Positions 46,143 to 55,572 of a DNA stretch of 64,000 nucleotides are shown one piece after another (position 1 is the stretch's first letter; every line of letters begins with the position of its first letter). The notes below the pieces were generated by a model that worked only from the letters and a program-made list of their open reading frames with translations, searched no databases and was not told where the DNA came from. The stretch is from an uncultured virus (IMG/VR IMGVR_UViG_3300012352_000670) (taxonomy: Duplodnaviria > Heunggongvirae > Uroviricota > Caudoviricetes), in the IMG/VR virus record IMGVR_UViG_3300012352_000670; one strand, written 5' to 3'. Position numbers and translations under genes: made by a program.

Positions 46143-46841
46143 TTAGTACTTCTTTGTGGTCTGATACTTCAAATGCATAGGACTTGGGTTGTGCACAAAT
46201 CCCTCAGGCAGCTCGTGCTGCTTGATGAAACAAGGAAGAACATAGCGCAGAGGACCAGGCCCTGGAGGATTGACGCCATGAGGGTGAGTCTCTCCAGATG
46301 AGAACATCAACATCGAACCAGGCTTTGGTTTTAACTCGAGGCCCTGCTCAGGGAAGATGACCTCGCCATGGGTGTAGTCGTCGTTCAAATAAATCACTGC
46401 AGCATATGCAACATGTGGGTCTACGTGGTTGTCAACGTGGACCTTGAGGTCAGAGCCCTCGTATTGGCGCTGAATGGTCCCAGCTCCTGTGAAGTAAAGA
46501 TTTGGGTCGTACGCAATGATGCTGTCAATTCCAGAGTTGACGCGTCCAATGATTTCTGAATTAGGAAACATGATGTTCTTATCAGCCCAGTCGAAGGTGA
46601 TCTCCATCTTGCCCTCCTTCTGAAGAGTTTCGATGTCGCGAGTTCCGAACTCCCTCTCCGCCTTGTCGCGGAGGTGGTTCATGTAGTGGCCGATCCAGTC
46701 TTCCTCCGTCAGTGTTTCGACGAACTCGAAGATTCGTTCGATGTCCGCTGAGCTGATGAAATTCTCAACCTCCCAGATCTCTGGAGCTAGCTCCTTAACT
46801 TCGTATCCGGCTTCGTTAAAAGCTGCAGTGTTAAGCGTCAT
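46143..46841 (-). CDS. 2OG-Fe(II) oxygenase (prolyl-hydroxylase-like)
   Basis: HVD...YLNDDY..GE..F...HGV...RY. Confidence 0.85.
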   Translation of the reverse strand: MTLNTAAFNEAGYEVKELAPEIWEVENFISSADIERIFEFVETLTEEDWIGHYMNHLRDKAEREFGTRDIETLQKEGKMEITFDWADKNIMFPNSEIIGRVNSGIDSIIAYDPNLYFTGAGTIQRQYEGSDLKVHVDNHVDPHVAYAAVIYLNDDYTHGEVIFPEQGLELKPKPGSMLMFSSGETHPHGVNPPGPGPLRYVLPCFIKQHELPEGFVHNPSPMHLKYQTTKKY

Positions 46842-47493
46842 CCGTGTTCTCCTCGGTTGTTCGTTTGTTGATGAAAGCTGGGAGGGCATACCGTGTGGGT
46901 CCTGCTTCTACAGGAAGCACGCCGTGCAAATAGTCATCCGCTGATGGAAAGATTATCAGATCCCTAGCTGCGGGCTTTATCTTCACATCAATTCGTGGAA
47001 AGTGTAGCTCGCCGCCTTCGAAGTCCCCGTTCACATACATGACAGCTGCATAAACAACTAACGGGTTTGACTCACTGTCTACGTGGTAGTTAAGCCGCAC
47101 GCCTTCGTACTGTCTTTGGATCGAGCCTGCTCCGCGAAGCTCGAGCTCCGGGAACTGAACAAAGATCGAAGCAAGCCGTTCGTTGATTGTTTGCCGGACG
47201 TCGAGATCCTGGATCAACGCATTCTTGTCAACCCACTCGCCGTCGATATCAATACGGTGCCCTAGCGCTTGAGCTTCTTCGAATGTAGTAACACCGTACT
47301 GGTCCTCGATGAACCGGTACAAGCTTTCAGTGTAAGAGACTCGCCAGTCTTCTTCGTTCATTGTTGAGAACTGTAGCTCCAGCTTGCTGATCTCATCCTC
47401 TGTGAGGAATTCGTGCACAGTAAAAATACCTGGGTAGATCTCTTCTGCATGCAGGCCTGCAGTTTCAAAGTGCTCGAGCTTTAAAACGTTCAT
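46831..47493 (-). CDS. 2OG-Fe(II) oxygenase (prolyl-hydroxylase-like), tandem paralog
   Basis: HVD...YVNGDFEGGEL.F...HGV...RY. Confidence 0.85.
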   Translation of the reverse strand: MNVLKLEHFETAGLHAEEIYPGIFTVHEFLTEDEISKLELQFSTMNEEDWRVSYTESLYRFIEDQYGVTTFEEAQALGHRIDIDGEWVDKNALIQDLDVRQTINERLASIFVQFPELELRGAGSIQRQYEGVRLNYHVDSESNPLVVYAAVMYVNGDFEGGELHFPRIDVKIKPAARDLIIFPSADDYLHGVLPVEAGPTRYALPAFINKRTTEENTDDA

Positions 47494-47511
47494 GAGTGAA
47501 TTATATCTCAT

Positions 47512-48345
47512 CTACTCAGAGACTGTGAACAAGCCCGTTTCTTTTGATAGACGTTGCAACGTCGGAAGATCTGGAGCACCGGATGCATCGGATCCAACTC
47601 GGCCGATCGTCCGTTGGAAGTTAGCGAAGGCGGAAGCTGTAGCTCCATCCCACTTCCCACGTTCGGCTCCTTTGAGATCCGTTACAAGTGAGAGCGCTAA
47701 CTGAACCCGTTCAATGTCCGTGTTCTTGGTACGTGCGGTTAGTAACTTGGGAAGACGGATCTCCTTAGGTGAGCTCGCCGCTTCGTTAATTGTTTGTAGC
47801 TCGACTCGATCCGGAGCTCCGCCGGTTAACTTCTTAAAAAGCTTCGTCAGAAGATGCAGGCCGCTTGTTCCTGGATCCGTCGGCCGACAAAACAAAACGA
47901 CTTCGTTTAAAGATCGGATCCGTTGGTGCACGCCGTCTTTGTTTTGGTAGACGCCCGTTCCGATGGTGTTACCTTCGATCGCGAGGAATTCACCAGTCCG
48001 TTTGAAGTTACGTGTGTCAACTACGATCCCGCAGTGGGGAGCTGAGAAAGCGCTCGCCGTGTTACTAGAGAATGCATATACCGCGATGTCCCCTGGCTTA
48101 GGTGTTCGTGAGATGTTACCCGTACGTAAGCAGGCCGCTAGTCCCGCGGGCACATAAGTGAAAGATGGTAGACGCAGTCCAGCCTCCCTGGCACAGACAT
48201 CAATGAAGGCACCCGCCCAAGGCTGAGCATCGTAGCCCACCCGCTGGCCAAACATGTTACGACCAAGAAGCTCCGAGGTATACCCGTTGTACTTCCTCGC
48301 CGTCGTAATGAACGCGCTTATTAAAGCTTTATTAGATCTGGTCAC
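47512..48345 (-). CDS. CHAP-like amidase domain + peptidoglycan-binding domain protein
   Basis: QPWAGAF (usual catalytic Cys replaced by Ala), PGDI..Y, HCGIV, IEGNT; C-terminal G.WD..T..A...FQ. Confidence 0.7.
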   Translation of the reverse strand: MTRSNKALISAFITTARKYNGYTSELLGRNMFGQRVGYDAQPWAGAFIDVCAREAGLRLPSFTYVPAGLAACLRTGNISRTPKPGDIAVYAFSSNTASAFSAPHCGIVVDTRNFKRTGEFLAIEGNTIGTGVYQNKDGVHQRIRSLNEVVLFCRPTDPGTSGLHLLTKLFKKLTGGAPDRVELQTINEAASSPKEIRLPKLLTARTKNTDIERVQLALSLVTDLKGAERGKWDGATASAFANFQRTIGRVGSDASGAPDLPTLQRLSKETGLFTVSE

Positions 48346-48529
48346 CCGTTGAGTCTAACACAGCTGATGCAGCAAAGAAAGACTCGAGCTCCGTTACAAG
48401 GTTCGCAGCTTCTTGAGTCAACGTTGTGATCCGTATGTGCTCGATCCGTGTATGTGCGTTTGCAATGTCCGCTTTAAGGTTCCCGTACAGAGCGCGTGCC
48501 GCTTCGAGGATCTCTCCCTGAGTCTTCAT
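48332..48529 (-). CDS. Small coiled-coil protein
   Basis: TAATG coupling. Confidence 0.5.
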   Translation of the reverse strand: MKTQGEILEAARALYGNLKADIANAHTRIEHIRITTLTQEAANLVTELESFFAASAVLDSTGDQI

Positions 48530-49470
48530 TATTTCTTTTCTTCCTCCGAAGTAAGCGCAGGCCGCTCTTCCGTTTTCTCATCTGTGACTATATCAGCATC
48601 AATGATCTCTTTATCCGGAGACACATGAATACCTGCATCCGCTAACTTCGCAGCAGTTGCGATCGCTCCTTGAGCTAGGCGGTCCAACCTCTCGGCAATG
48701 ACACTAGCTGCAGGCCGGACGTCGATATTGACATTGGTGTCTATCTCCACGCCGCCTCGAACTCCAGCGCGATCTAGGATCTCCGTTGCAGCTTTGAGTC
48801 TTACCGGCTCACTCTCAGCATACTCCATGAGTTCTTCGAGTTTGTCCACAGCGTACGGTGCAGCCTGCATTAACTTCGCACGAGCTCGTTCGATGTCATC
48901 GGTTGTCTTATGTTGGATAGATCTCAGGTGTACTCTGCACAGGCCGTCATCGTTTGGACGCCCGCTGGACCATAGCATACATCTGATTCCGTCATCTTTT
49001 ACGTGACGGCAACGAGCTGGCATGGCAAGCGGTTTCCGTTTCGGGGACATAGGTCCCCCGGCTTCTTGCTCCTTGAGGTACATACGGGTGGCATTAACTA
49101 CCCACGGAGGAACCAAGTAGTCGCTCGCCGTTTCCGCTAAGAGGTCCAGGCCTGTGATGAAGTCGGAGTTCTTGTTGTCCGGTTCAGCAAGGATCGGTTT
49201 CTTTTCAGCTAAAGATAGTAGACGCTTCTCGGCGATCGATTCCTTCGAACGAACGCGGATGAGTCCCGTTGGAACTCCGTTGAGGGAATAGACGCTGTCC
49301 CAGATGAGACGCGCTCGCCGAATGATAGCACGGTTCTCAAATGTATCTTGGCAGACGCCCTTGTCCACTTCCTCGATGCCGTATTGGCTGAGGTCAACGC
49401 GCATGTCGATCGGGTCATCGATCATGTATTCGGGTGCTAAGTTTTTGCTGTCTATCTCGTCATCAAACAT
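48529..49470 (-). CDS. Putative terminase small subunit-like protein
   Basis: RC...G.RC...LCRVH Zn motif and A..AVDKL.ELM..AESEPVRLKAATEILDRAG helix typical of TerS-like proteins. Confidence 0.55.
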   Translation of the reverse strand: MFDDEIDSKNLAPEYMIDDPIDMRVDLSQYGIEEVDKGVCQDTFENRAIIRRARLIWDSVYSLNGVPTGLIRVRSKESIAEKRLLSLAEKKPILAEPDNKNSDFITGLDLLAETASDYLVPPWVVNATRMYLKEQEAGGPMSPKRKPLAMPARCRHVKDDGIRCMLWSSGRPNDDGLCRVHLRSIQHKTTDDIERARAKLMQAAPYAVDKLEELMEYAESEPVRLKAATEILDRAGVRGGVEIDTNVNIDVRPAASVIAERLDRLAQGAIATAAKLADAGIHVSPDKEIIDADIVTDEKTEERPALTSEEEKK

Positions 49471-49680
49471 CTCATGAACTTTCGTTCGAAGTTGGGGCGA
49501 CGGCCCGCTTAACTGGGGAGAGGACTTGTAAACGAGCCGCCGCTGTATTAATTTTACGCGACGCCACTAATGTTGATTTATCTTCGGACGAAGTCGGACG
49601 AAAAAATTGCGCGTGGAGAGGGAGACGGCTGCCTTTTCCCTCTTTTATTAACAAATCTTTGGGGGTATCTAGCCACCCTG

Positions 49681-49953
49681 CTATAGTAATCCGCTTACAT
49701 TCTTGCCGTTTAAGTCACCCGATAGAAGTCGGAACTTGCCGTTCTTGTCTCGCTCAAATCGTTCGCTGCGGAGTTTGGCTTGCTCTGTCTTGCGGTTCTG
49801 GACGGAGATGATTGCTCGCCGAAGGTCAGCTTCAAAGACATATCCAGGGTGTGCCAGCTTCAGATGACCGTTCTGAATCCAGCTGTAAATAGTTCTTTCG
49901 GCGACCTGAGCTAGCTCTGCAGCTAGTTTGATCTTGATCATTTTGTCATCCAT
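49681..49953 (-). CDS. Excisionase/MerR-like HTH DNA-binding protein
   Basis: AAELAQVAERTIYSWIQNGHL; C-terminal RDKNGKF. Confidence 0.7.
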   Translation of the reverse strand: MDDKMIKIKLAAELAQVAERTIYSWIQNGHLKLAHPGYVFEADLRRAIISVQNRKTEQAKLRSERFERDKNGKFRLLSGDLNGKNVSGLL

Positions 49954-49962
49954 GAAAGAGTC

Positions 49963-50400
49963 CTATACGTAGTCGGTGCAGACGGCATAGACTTCACCCT
50001 CGCCGTAGTTGTGGTCGGGGCGGAGGTCAACAACAATCGAATCCTTCGTAAAAGGTTTACCTGGATACACCCAGATGTGGCCGTGGCTGGTGAGGGTGTA
50101 ATCATCAGACTGGTGCCAGAAGAACTTGTAGCCTTGGTCCTTCTTTGAGAAGTAGTCAAGGGCCCCTAGATTTTTACAATGAAACCAAGCATCACGATGG
50201 ATGAGCTCGACGAAGGTCTCACCAACTTCGTGCTGTGGCTCGTCGTGTCCAAAGAAGATCTTCCCATCAACAACCCAAACATCCACTTCAACATCGACGC
50301 CCACATTCAAAGCTTCGACTAGATAGGCTGGTGTGTTCTCTCGTTCAGGGTTGGGACCGTCAATGTTTCCTCGGTGTGAGATTAACTTAGCCGTTGACAT
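49963..50400 (-). CDS. GDPD/PLC-like phosphodiesterase-fold protein
   Basis: ISHRGN..G...EN, VEVDVW, GHD.P, HCKN, VCTDY. Confidence 0.8.
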   Translation of the reverse strand: MSTAKLISHRGNIDGPNPERENTPAYLVEALNVGVDVEVDVWVVDGKIFFGHDEPQHEVGETFVELIHRDAWFHCKNLGALDYFSKKDQGYKFFWHQSDDYTLTSHGHIWVYPGKPFTKDSIVVDLRPDHNYGEGEVYAVCTDYV

Positions 50401-51736
50401 ATGCCTCCAAATCTTCTGGGGTTCCTAGGCTAATCATACGATCTACTTCGTAAGTTCCGATCTTTAACCCGCTGGCAATTGCTTCGTTGTAAGTTGGGCA
50501 GATATAGAACTCGCCGTTGGTTCGAATATCTTTCTCGATCATCTGCTCGGCAAACTTCACATAGTCTGAGCCATGCTTCCAATAGTAGATTCCAACCGTT
50601 GCCAAATCACTGATGACCTGCTTCTCTGCAACCTCTGTCACCAATCCGTCATCTCCGACTTTGGCGTAGGACCACTTTGGATCGTCACTCCTGAAAACTA
50701 CAATGCAACCGTCAAGGTTCTTCTCCCCTGTTTCTTGAAGGAAAGCTATTGAGTTCCAATCAACCAGTTGGTCTGAGTTGCAAATGACTAGTGGATTCTC
50801 GTTGTTGATAAGTTCTTTGGCCAGCAAGGAAGTTGAAGCTGCTCCATCAGTTAGACCATCAACGCCGATAACCGTAACCTTTGGGGCTAGTGGGCAAATG
50901 TCTTCTAAGAACTTTTGAAGGCCATACTTCTCAGTGACTGCTTCCTGCGCCAAGTAGATGTAGTGCCCATTCATGTCGAGGCTGTAGATGACGTTCTGAA
51001 TCATCGGCTTACCATTGACATCAATCATTGGCTTAGGATCTTCGTATCCTTTTTCAACGAAACGACTTCCGGCTCCAGCCATCGGAATCAAAAGGCTGAA
51101 CATTGGAGCTTCCGGCTGTTGTAGTTCTTCCATGGTTTGTTTTACCAATCCTTCAGTTAGGTCACTTCGACTGTCCACTGGGACTAACTTCGCACCAGAT
51201 CGTTCAGCTGCAAGTCTACCGACAATACTATCTTCAAAGATGGCCGTAGTCAAGGTGTCGGACTTCAAACCAATCATCGCCATCTTGTATCCGCTAGGAG
51301 ATGGCTTGACTTCCAAAACTTCTTCGTTGCTTAGTGACAGGTCCACATACTCAGCGATGCCTAGGCGATTCAAGCAAACATCTAAAGTTTGTCGGATGCT
51401 GTTGCTGACGACACCAATCTGGAATCCCTCGTCTTTAATCGTCTTAAAGATCGCAATAAGTTCCGAGTCTTCTTCCAAGCTTTCGAATAGCTCAGCCGTG
51501 TGGCTCTGCTTGCTCTGCCAAACTTCTTCGAACTTATCCGTTGGAAGTCCCCTGGTCTTGTTCAGAATCTCGAGCTTGACTTTGGTTGTAAGACCTTCGT
51601 AAGTTGTTGCTTGCTCATCAGCGCTGATCACATACTTCGAATCAACTTCTGCCAATGCCAAGTTCAGTGCTTCGAAGTGTAGCTCTCGGCTATCAACCAG
51701 AACACCATCGAGATCAAACAGAAGTGCGTAGCTCAT
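50387..51736 (-). CDS. HAD phosphatase fused to a sugar nucleotidyltransferase/GT-A domain
   Basis: FDLDGVLVDS, KPSP, FEDS; then IPMAGAGSRF...KPMI, EK..IS.LATVG.Y, LGTPEDL. Confidence 0.88.
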   Translation of the reverse strand: MSYALLFDLDGVLVDSRELHFEALNLALAEVDSKYVISADEQATTYEGLTTKVKLEILNKTRGLPTDKFEEVWQSKQSHTAELFESLEEDSELIAIFKTIKDEGFQIGVVSNSIRQTLDVCLNRLGIAEYVDLSLSNEEVLEVKPSPSGYKMAMIGLKSDTLTTAIFEDSIVGRLAAERSGAKLVPVDSRSDLTEGLVKQTMEELQQPEAPMFSLLIPMAGAGSRFVEKGYEDPKPMIDVNGKPMIQNVIYSLDMNGHYIYLAQEAVTEKYGLQKFLEDICPLAPKVTVIGVDGLTDGAASTSLLAKELINNENPLVICNSDQLVDWNSIAFLQETGEKNLDGCIVVFRSDDPKWSYAKVGDDGLVTEVAEKQVISDLATVGIYYWKHGSDYVKFAEQMIEKDIRTNGEFYICPTYNEAIASGLKIGTYEVDRMISLGTPEDLEAYVNG

Positions 51737-52749
51737 TAGTTCACAAACAAAGCCTTGAGTCTCGGGTCTCCATCAATTCTTTCAACAATCTTTGAGGCAA
51801 CTCGATCGTGCGAGAGGGAAAGGTAGCTGTGCTTAAAGTCATGCGCCAAGTACATGTAGTGCGGATGGATTGAAATGAAGTCAGTATCGTCAGCCATCTT
51901 TAAAGTCAGTGGTGTAGACAGTTCTACTACCAACGCCCCTGGCTTCATAAAGAACATGGAAGCTAGGCTTGCGCTAGTCAAAGAAACAACCGTCTTGACT
52001 TCAGCCATAAACTTTAGCTGATCTTCGAATGATTCGATATCTTCTGGAGATTTAATCTCAAAGCCAAGTCCAGAAAAGTATTCTTCCAACAAAGCTTCGT
52101 CATCAACACGATCGCTCATTTTGTACTTGTGCTTTTCCCTAATCTGTCTGATAGTTAGGGTGTTGTATTCATCGTCAGCTGCTCTAAACCCACCGTTAGG
52201 CAGGGTCATGCTTCGAGTTAGGTAGACCTTTCGTGTTGGTTCTACCTTTTCTAGGTCAACAACTCCCTTAAGCATGAACTCTGAGATTGCCTTGTTTAGT
52301 GCCATGTTCGAGTGATACTGCCGATAGATTGAGAAGTTATTGATAAAAAGTTCATCACCATTGTTCAACGAAACTAAAGAAACTTTATGTCCGTGTCGAA
52401 CGATCTGTTGAGCGAAGTGGTTATACAACGGACCGACATGAGCACTAGGACCGCCCTGTCCACCGGCATCGACACTCAAAACAAAGTGAGCTGTTCGTCC
52501 CTCTGAATCTGCTTTTCTAATTTCATCAACAAGAATCGGAGCGACCTCCGTAAGAACATGGAAGTACGCAGCGTGAGCTTGAACAATAATCTTTCTATCG
52601 TCTGAGATAAAGTCGTGCATCTTCCCACGGTCAGGGATCAACTTACTTACATCGCTAGAGCTGAAAATCCCCCGCTCGTTACGTGAGACGTACTTCGAGT
52701 CTTCGCATAGCTCAAAGTTGAATTGAATTTCGTCCCAGGTAGGTTGCAT
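51736..52749 (-). CDS. Glycosyltransferase family 61 (DUF563)-like
   Basis: YFH.L.E, KVYLTR, R..DE..LE.Y....GFEI..PE....FEDQ. Confidence 0.75.
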   Translation of the reverse strand: MQPTWDEIQFNFELCEDSKYVSRNERGIFSSSDVSKLIPDRGKMHDFISDDRKIIVQAHAAYFHVLTEVAPILVDEIRKADSEGRTAHFVLSVDAGGQGGPSAHVGPLYNHFAQQIVRHGHKVSLVSLNNGDELFINNFSIYRQYHSNMALNKAISEFMLKGVVDLEKVEPTRKVYLTRSMTLPNGGFRAADDEYNTLTIRQIREKHKYKMSDRVDDEALLEEYFSGLGFEIKSPEDIESFEDQLKFMAEVKTVVSLTSASLASMFFMKPGALVVELSTPLTLKMADDTDFISIHPHYMYLAHDFKHSYLSLSHDRVASKIVERIDGDPRLKALFVN

Positions 52750-52765
52750 ATCCTCATCTTACCAA

Positions 52766-52804
52766 CAAAAAAGAAAACGGGCCAGTCCGAAAACTGACCC
52801 GTTT
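52766..52804 (-). terminator. Rho-independent terminator
   Basis: AAACGGGUCAG-UUUUCGGA-CUGGCCCGUUU followed by a U-tract. Confidence 0.75.
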
Positions 52805-52835
52805 GAGTACAGGCTCTCCCGCCTATACTTCCATC

Positions 52836-53150
52836 CTACTTCTTTTTAGGAGTGGTCTTTGGCTTTGGCTTGGCCTTAGCAACTGGAGCGTCAGCAAGAT
52901 CCTTCTTGATCGCTTCCTTCTTCTCAGTAGTCTTTGCTACTGGCTTCTTTGCAGGAGCCTTCTTTGCTACTGGCTTTTCTGCAGACGACTTAACAACTTC
53001 AATCTTTGGGATTGAATCTGCCTTGTCCGTCACAGTTGCTGGAACAACCTTAACTTCAACCCAGCGTCCAGTCTCGTTACGCTCGACTGCTACTGGAACT
53101 TCCGCAACAGCTTTCTTCTTGTCCTTACGGAACCAATCAAACAGACCCAT
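52836..53150 (-). CDS. Lys/Ala/Pro-rich histone-like protein
   Basis: MGLFDWFRK..., KKPVAKK repeats. Confidence 0.6.
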   Translation of the reverse strand: MGLFDWFRKDKKKAVAEVPVAVERNETGRWVEVKVVPATVTDKADSIPKIEVVKSSAEKPVAKKAPAKKPVAKTTEKKEAIKKDLADAPVAKAKPKPKTTPKKK

Positions 53151-53349
53151 GGTCTCGTCCTTCTTCCTCTTCTCCAAACTTTTTCCAAATTTGGTTTAGT
53201 GAGTCAACATCAACCACCGGATCAATTTCCCCGATAGCTTTCCAGATGTATTCAGTCAGCGTTTCTGCCACTCCTGAATCAATCAGATCGTAGTCTACCA
53301 ATACTTGAATGTGTTCTTCAAGATATCGGGCAGCTTCTTCTTTCATCAT
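53137..53349 (-). CDS. Hypothetical protein
   Basis: ORF in operon. Confidence 0.5.
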   Translation of the reverse strand: MMKEEAARYLEEHIQVLVDYDLIDSGVAETLTEYIWKAIGEIDPVVDVDSLNQIWKKFGEEEEGRDHGSV

Positions 53350-53362
53350 CTTAAATCACATC

Positions 53363-53857
53363 CTACAACAAAAGACAGTCTTGACACAAGAAGACATTCA
53401 ATCGACTTGCTTTATCCAAGATCTCACCGTTAGGGCTTACTGGAGCTGGAATAACCTTAACCCCACTTGATCCACACTTGTCACAGCTTGGCTGTTCAAT
53501 CCAGTTCATCTCGATCTCAGCCTTCTTAGCTGCCAACATACCCTGGGTCAAAGCGTGGGACGAACCCATTCCCTTGGTACTACGCAAGAACTTACGCAAG
53601 TCTCCGGTTTCCAACACTGCCCTCGGTGTCCTACACAAGCAACCAGCTGCGTTCGGACTACAGACAAAGTACCCAAGATCCACTTCCAACTTATGGCGCA
53701 CCATCGGATGCCCACAAATACAAACTCGTCGATCCTGAATGTGTTTGCCATTCTCGATCTCTTTGAGATACTCCTCGGCTTCGTTTTCGTCTACACCCAG
53801 GAAATCAAAAACATCACTCATGCTCTCAAACTCCGTTCTCTCTGACCCAAAAGTCAA
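53363..53857 (-). CDS. Zn-binding hypothetical protein
   Basis: CICGH..H..C..C.C and CxxC..CxxC. Confidence 0.6.
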   Translation of the reverse strand: MTFGSERTEFESMSDVFDFLGVDENEAEEYLKEIENGKHIQDRRVCICGHPMVRHKLEVDLGYFVCSPNAAGCLCRTPRAVLETGDLRKFLRSTKGMGSSHALTQGMLAAKKAEIEMNWIEQPSCDKCGSSGVKVIPAPVSPNGEILDKASRLNVFLCQDCLLL

Positions 53858-54098
53858 ATGTCAAATTACAAGTGATTCCATACTATCACTTTTCTATAAA
53901 TATATCAACGACTATGGTTTACATTCAGCGCTAGAAAAAATCTCTCGCGCGTGAATAGGAAATATAATCACTAATACTTTTATAGTATATAGATATCATA
54001 GTTTCATTAGCAAAATTTTCCACTTCATTTTTTTCCCTTCTTGCTAATAACCTCTCCTACCTTAGCTCCGATCCTTCGGATATTAGCAAGATTAATAA

Positions 54099-54218
54099 CG
54101 GCGTCTATCATTTGCCCTTCTACCCATACCCTTCTATACTCCAACCTACCCTGCTACACTTCACCCCTCTTTTTCTCTGCCTCTGCTTCTTATATCCGTA
54201 TATCGGCGTCTATCATTT
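54099..54218 (+). repeat. Two CGGCGTCTATCATTT direct repeats
   Basis: At 54099 and 54204; share the GGCGTCTAT core with the 27-kb repeats. Confidence 0.75.
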
Positions 54219-54529
54219 TTACCCCCATTTCATTCAAAATAAAAATAAAAATAAACAATCGTAAGGTAACGAATATATAACCCAAACTTCCAACGAACCT
54301 TCATTCGAAGTTGCAGCAACTTAAGTNNNNNNNNNNNNNNNNNNNNNNNNNNNNNNNNNNNNNNNNNNNNNNNNNNNNNNNNNNNNNNNNNNNCCTTCGT
54401 TCGAAGTTATTTTACCTATATACCTACCACGACTTCCCGCCCCCGCCACCCCCTCTAGTTTTAAGACCGTCGTAGCATTGGCGCACAGCAGGAGTTGACA
54501 TATCTATATATGCGGTGTAAGGTCAGAGC

Positions 54530-55543
54530 ATGATTAATGCACGAGACACATTAGAGCTACTTGCGGACCTAGCTAAGGTAAGTAAGAATGACCAGTTCAT
54601 CGAAGCTGGTTCTTTCAGGATCTACGCAACTACCGTTGTTAACAACTCGATTGTTCAAGGAATTGACCCCGAGCAACGCACGGATCTCAAGGAACTTAAA
54701 GAAAGCGCCGACTACCTAGCGTTCGGCGTAGCTGCTATTACTAATAGTAATCCAAAGGTTTTCTACTGCGACCCAGAGATGTCTGCAGTTATCCAGGCTT
54801 CTGCCGGAGCAATGGACAATACCGACCTAACTGACCTAAGCCTACTGCCTAGCAAGTACGGGTTCTGCTACTTTGCGCAGGGTATTAAGGTATCCGAGGG
54901 TATGACTATTCATGCGCTGTTGTGGTGTGAACAGCCTAAGGATCCTAGTAACGTTCTTGTTTACGGACTGAATGATAAGTTCAACGAGGCAGACGGATCA
55001 AAGGAGTCATGGACAGAGTACCTAGAGCGCCACGGCTTTGACCAGATTAAACGGGAACGCTGGGTATTTAGGTTCAACCTTTCTTACCGCGAAGGCACCT
55101 CTTTGTCTCCAGTTACCCCCGAAGAGCGCGAAGAGTTCACTGCTAAGAGTCGCGAGATGTACAGCGTGCACGCAATTGACCTAGATCCTAGGCAGGTTTT
55201 TCACGCTCTAATGCTCATGCTCAACCAAGAACCAGAGGTAATTCATCTATCTAAGGCCGAAGCTACTAAGAAAAAAGCAGCTCGACTTACAAAAAGCAAG
55301 ATGCCAACCGAAGTTACGGTCATTGATATTCGCCGTAAGTATGCAACAGTTGCGAGCTCTGGGGGATCAAGCGATCGCGAGTATTCGCACCGCTGGGTTG
55401 TAAACGGATTCTGGCGCTGGCAACCATATAAAGATGCCAACAAGGAATGGAAGCGCAAGCGCATCTGGATTGACTCATATGTAAAGGGTCCAGCAGATAA
55501 GCCACTACACGTCACCGAAAAGGTTTACGCACTTCTTAAATAA
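54530..55543 (+). CDS. Hypothetical protein (C-terminal HRW.V.G.WR.Q..RIWI..Y.KGP), leaderless
   Basis: TTGACA...TAAGGT-6nt-ATG; motif seen in actinophage proteins. Confidence 0.75.
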   Translation: MINARDTLELLADLAKVSKNDQFIEAGSFRIYATTVVNNSIVQGIDPEQRTDLKELKESADYLAFGVAAITNSNPKVFYCDPEMSAVIQASAGAMDNTDLTDLSLLPSKYGFCYFAQGIKVSEGMTIHALLWCEQPKDPSNVLVYGLNDKFNEADGSKESWTEYLERHGFDQIKRERWVFRFNLSYREGTSLSPVTPEEREEFTAKSREMYSVHAIDLDPRQVFHALMLMLNQEPEVIHLSKAEATKKKAARLTKSKMPTEVTVIDIRRKYATVASSGGSSDREYSHRWVVNGFWRWQPYKDANKEWKRKRIWIDSYVKGPADKPLHVTEKVYALLK

Positions 55544-55572
55544 GACAAGGTATCCCAAGCTAAAATAGTTTC

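Noticed and set aside
27603..54408. 13-bp motif as an actinobacterial LexA SOS box
   Set aside because: Does not fit the palindromic TCGAAC-N4-GTTCGA; the motif is asymmetric.
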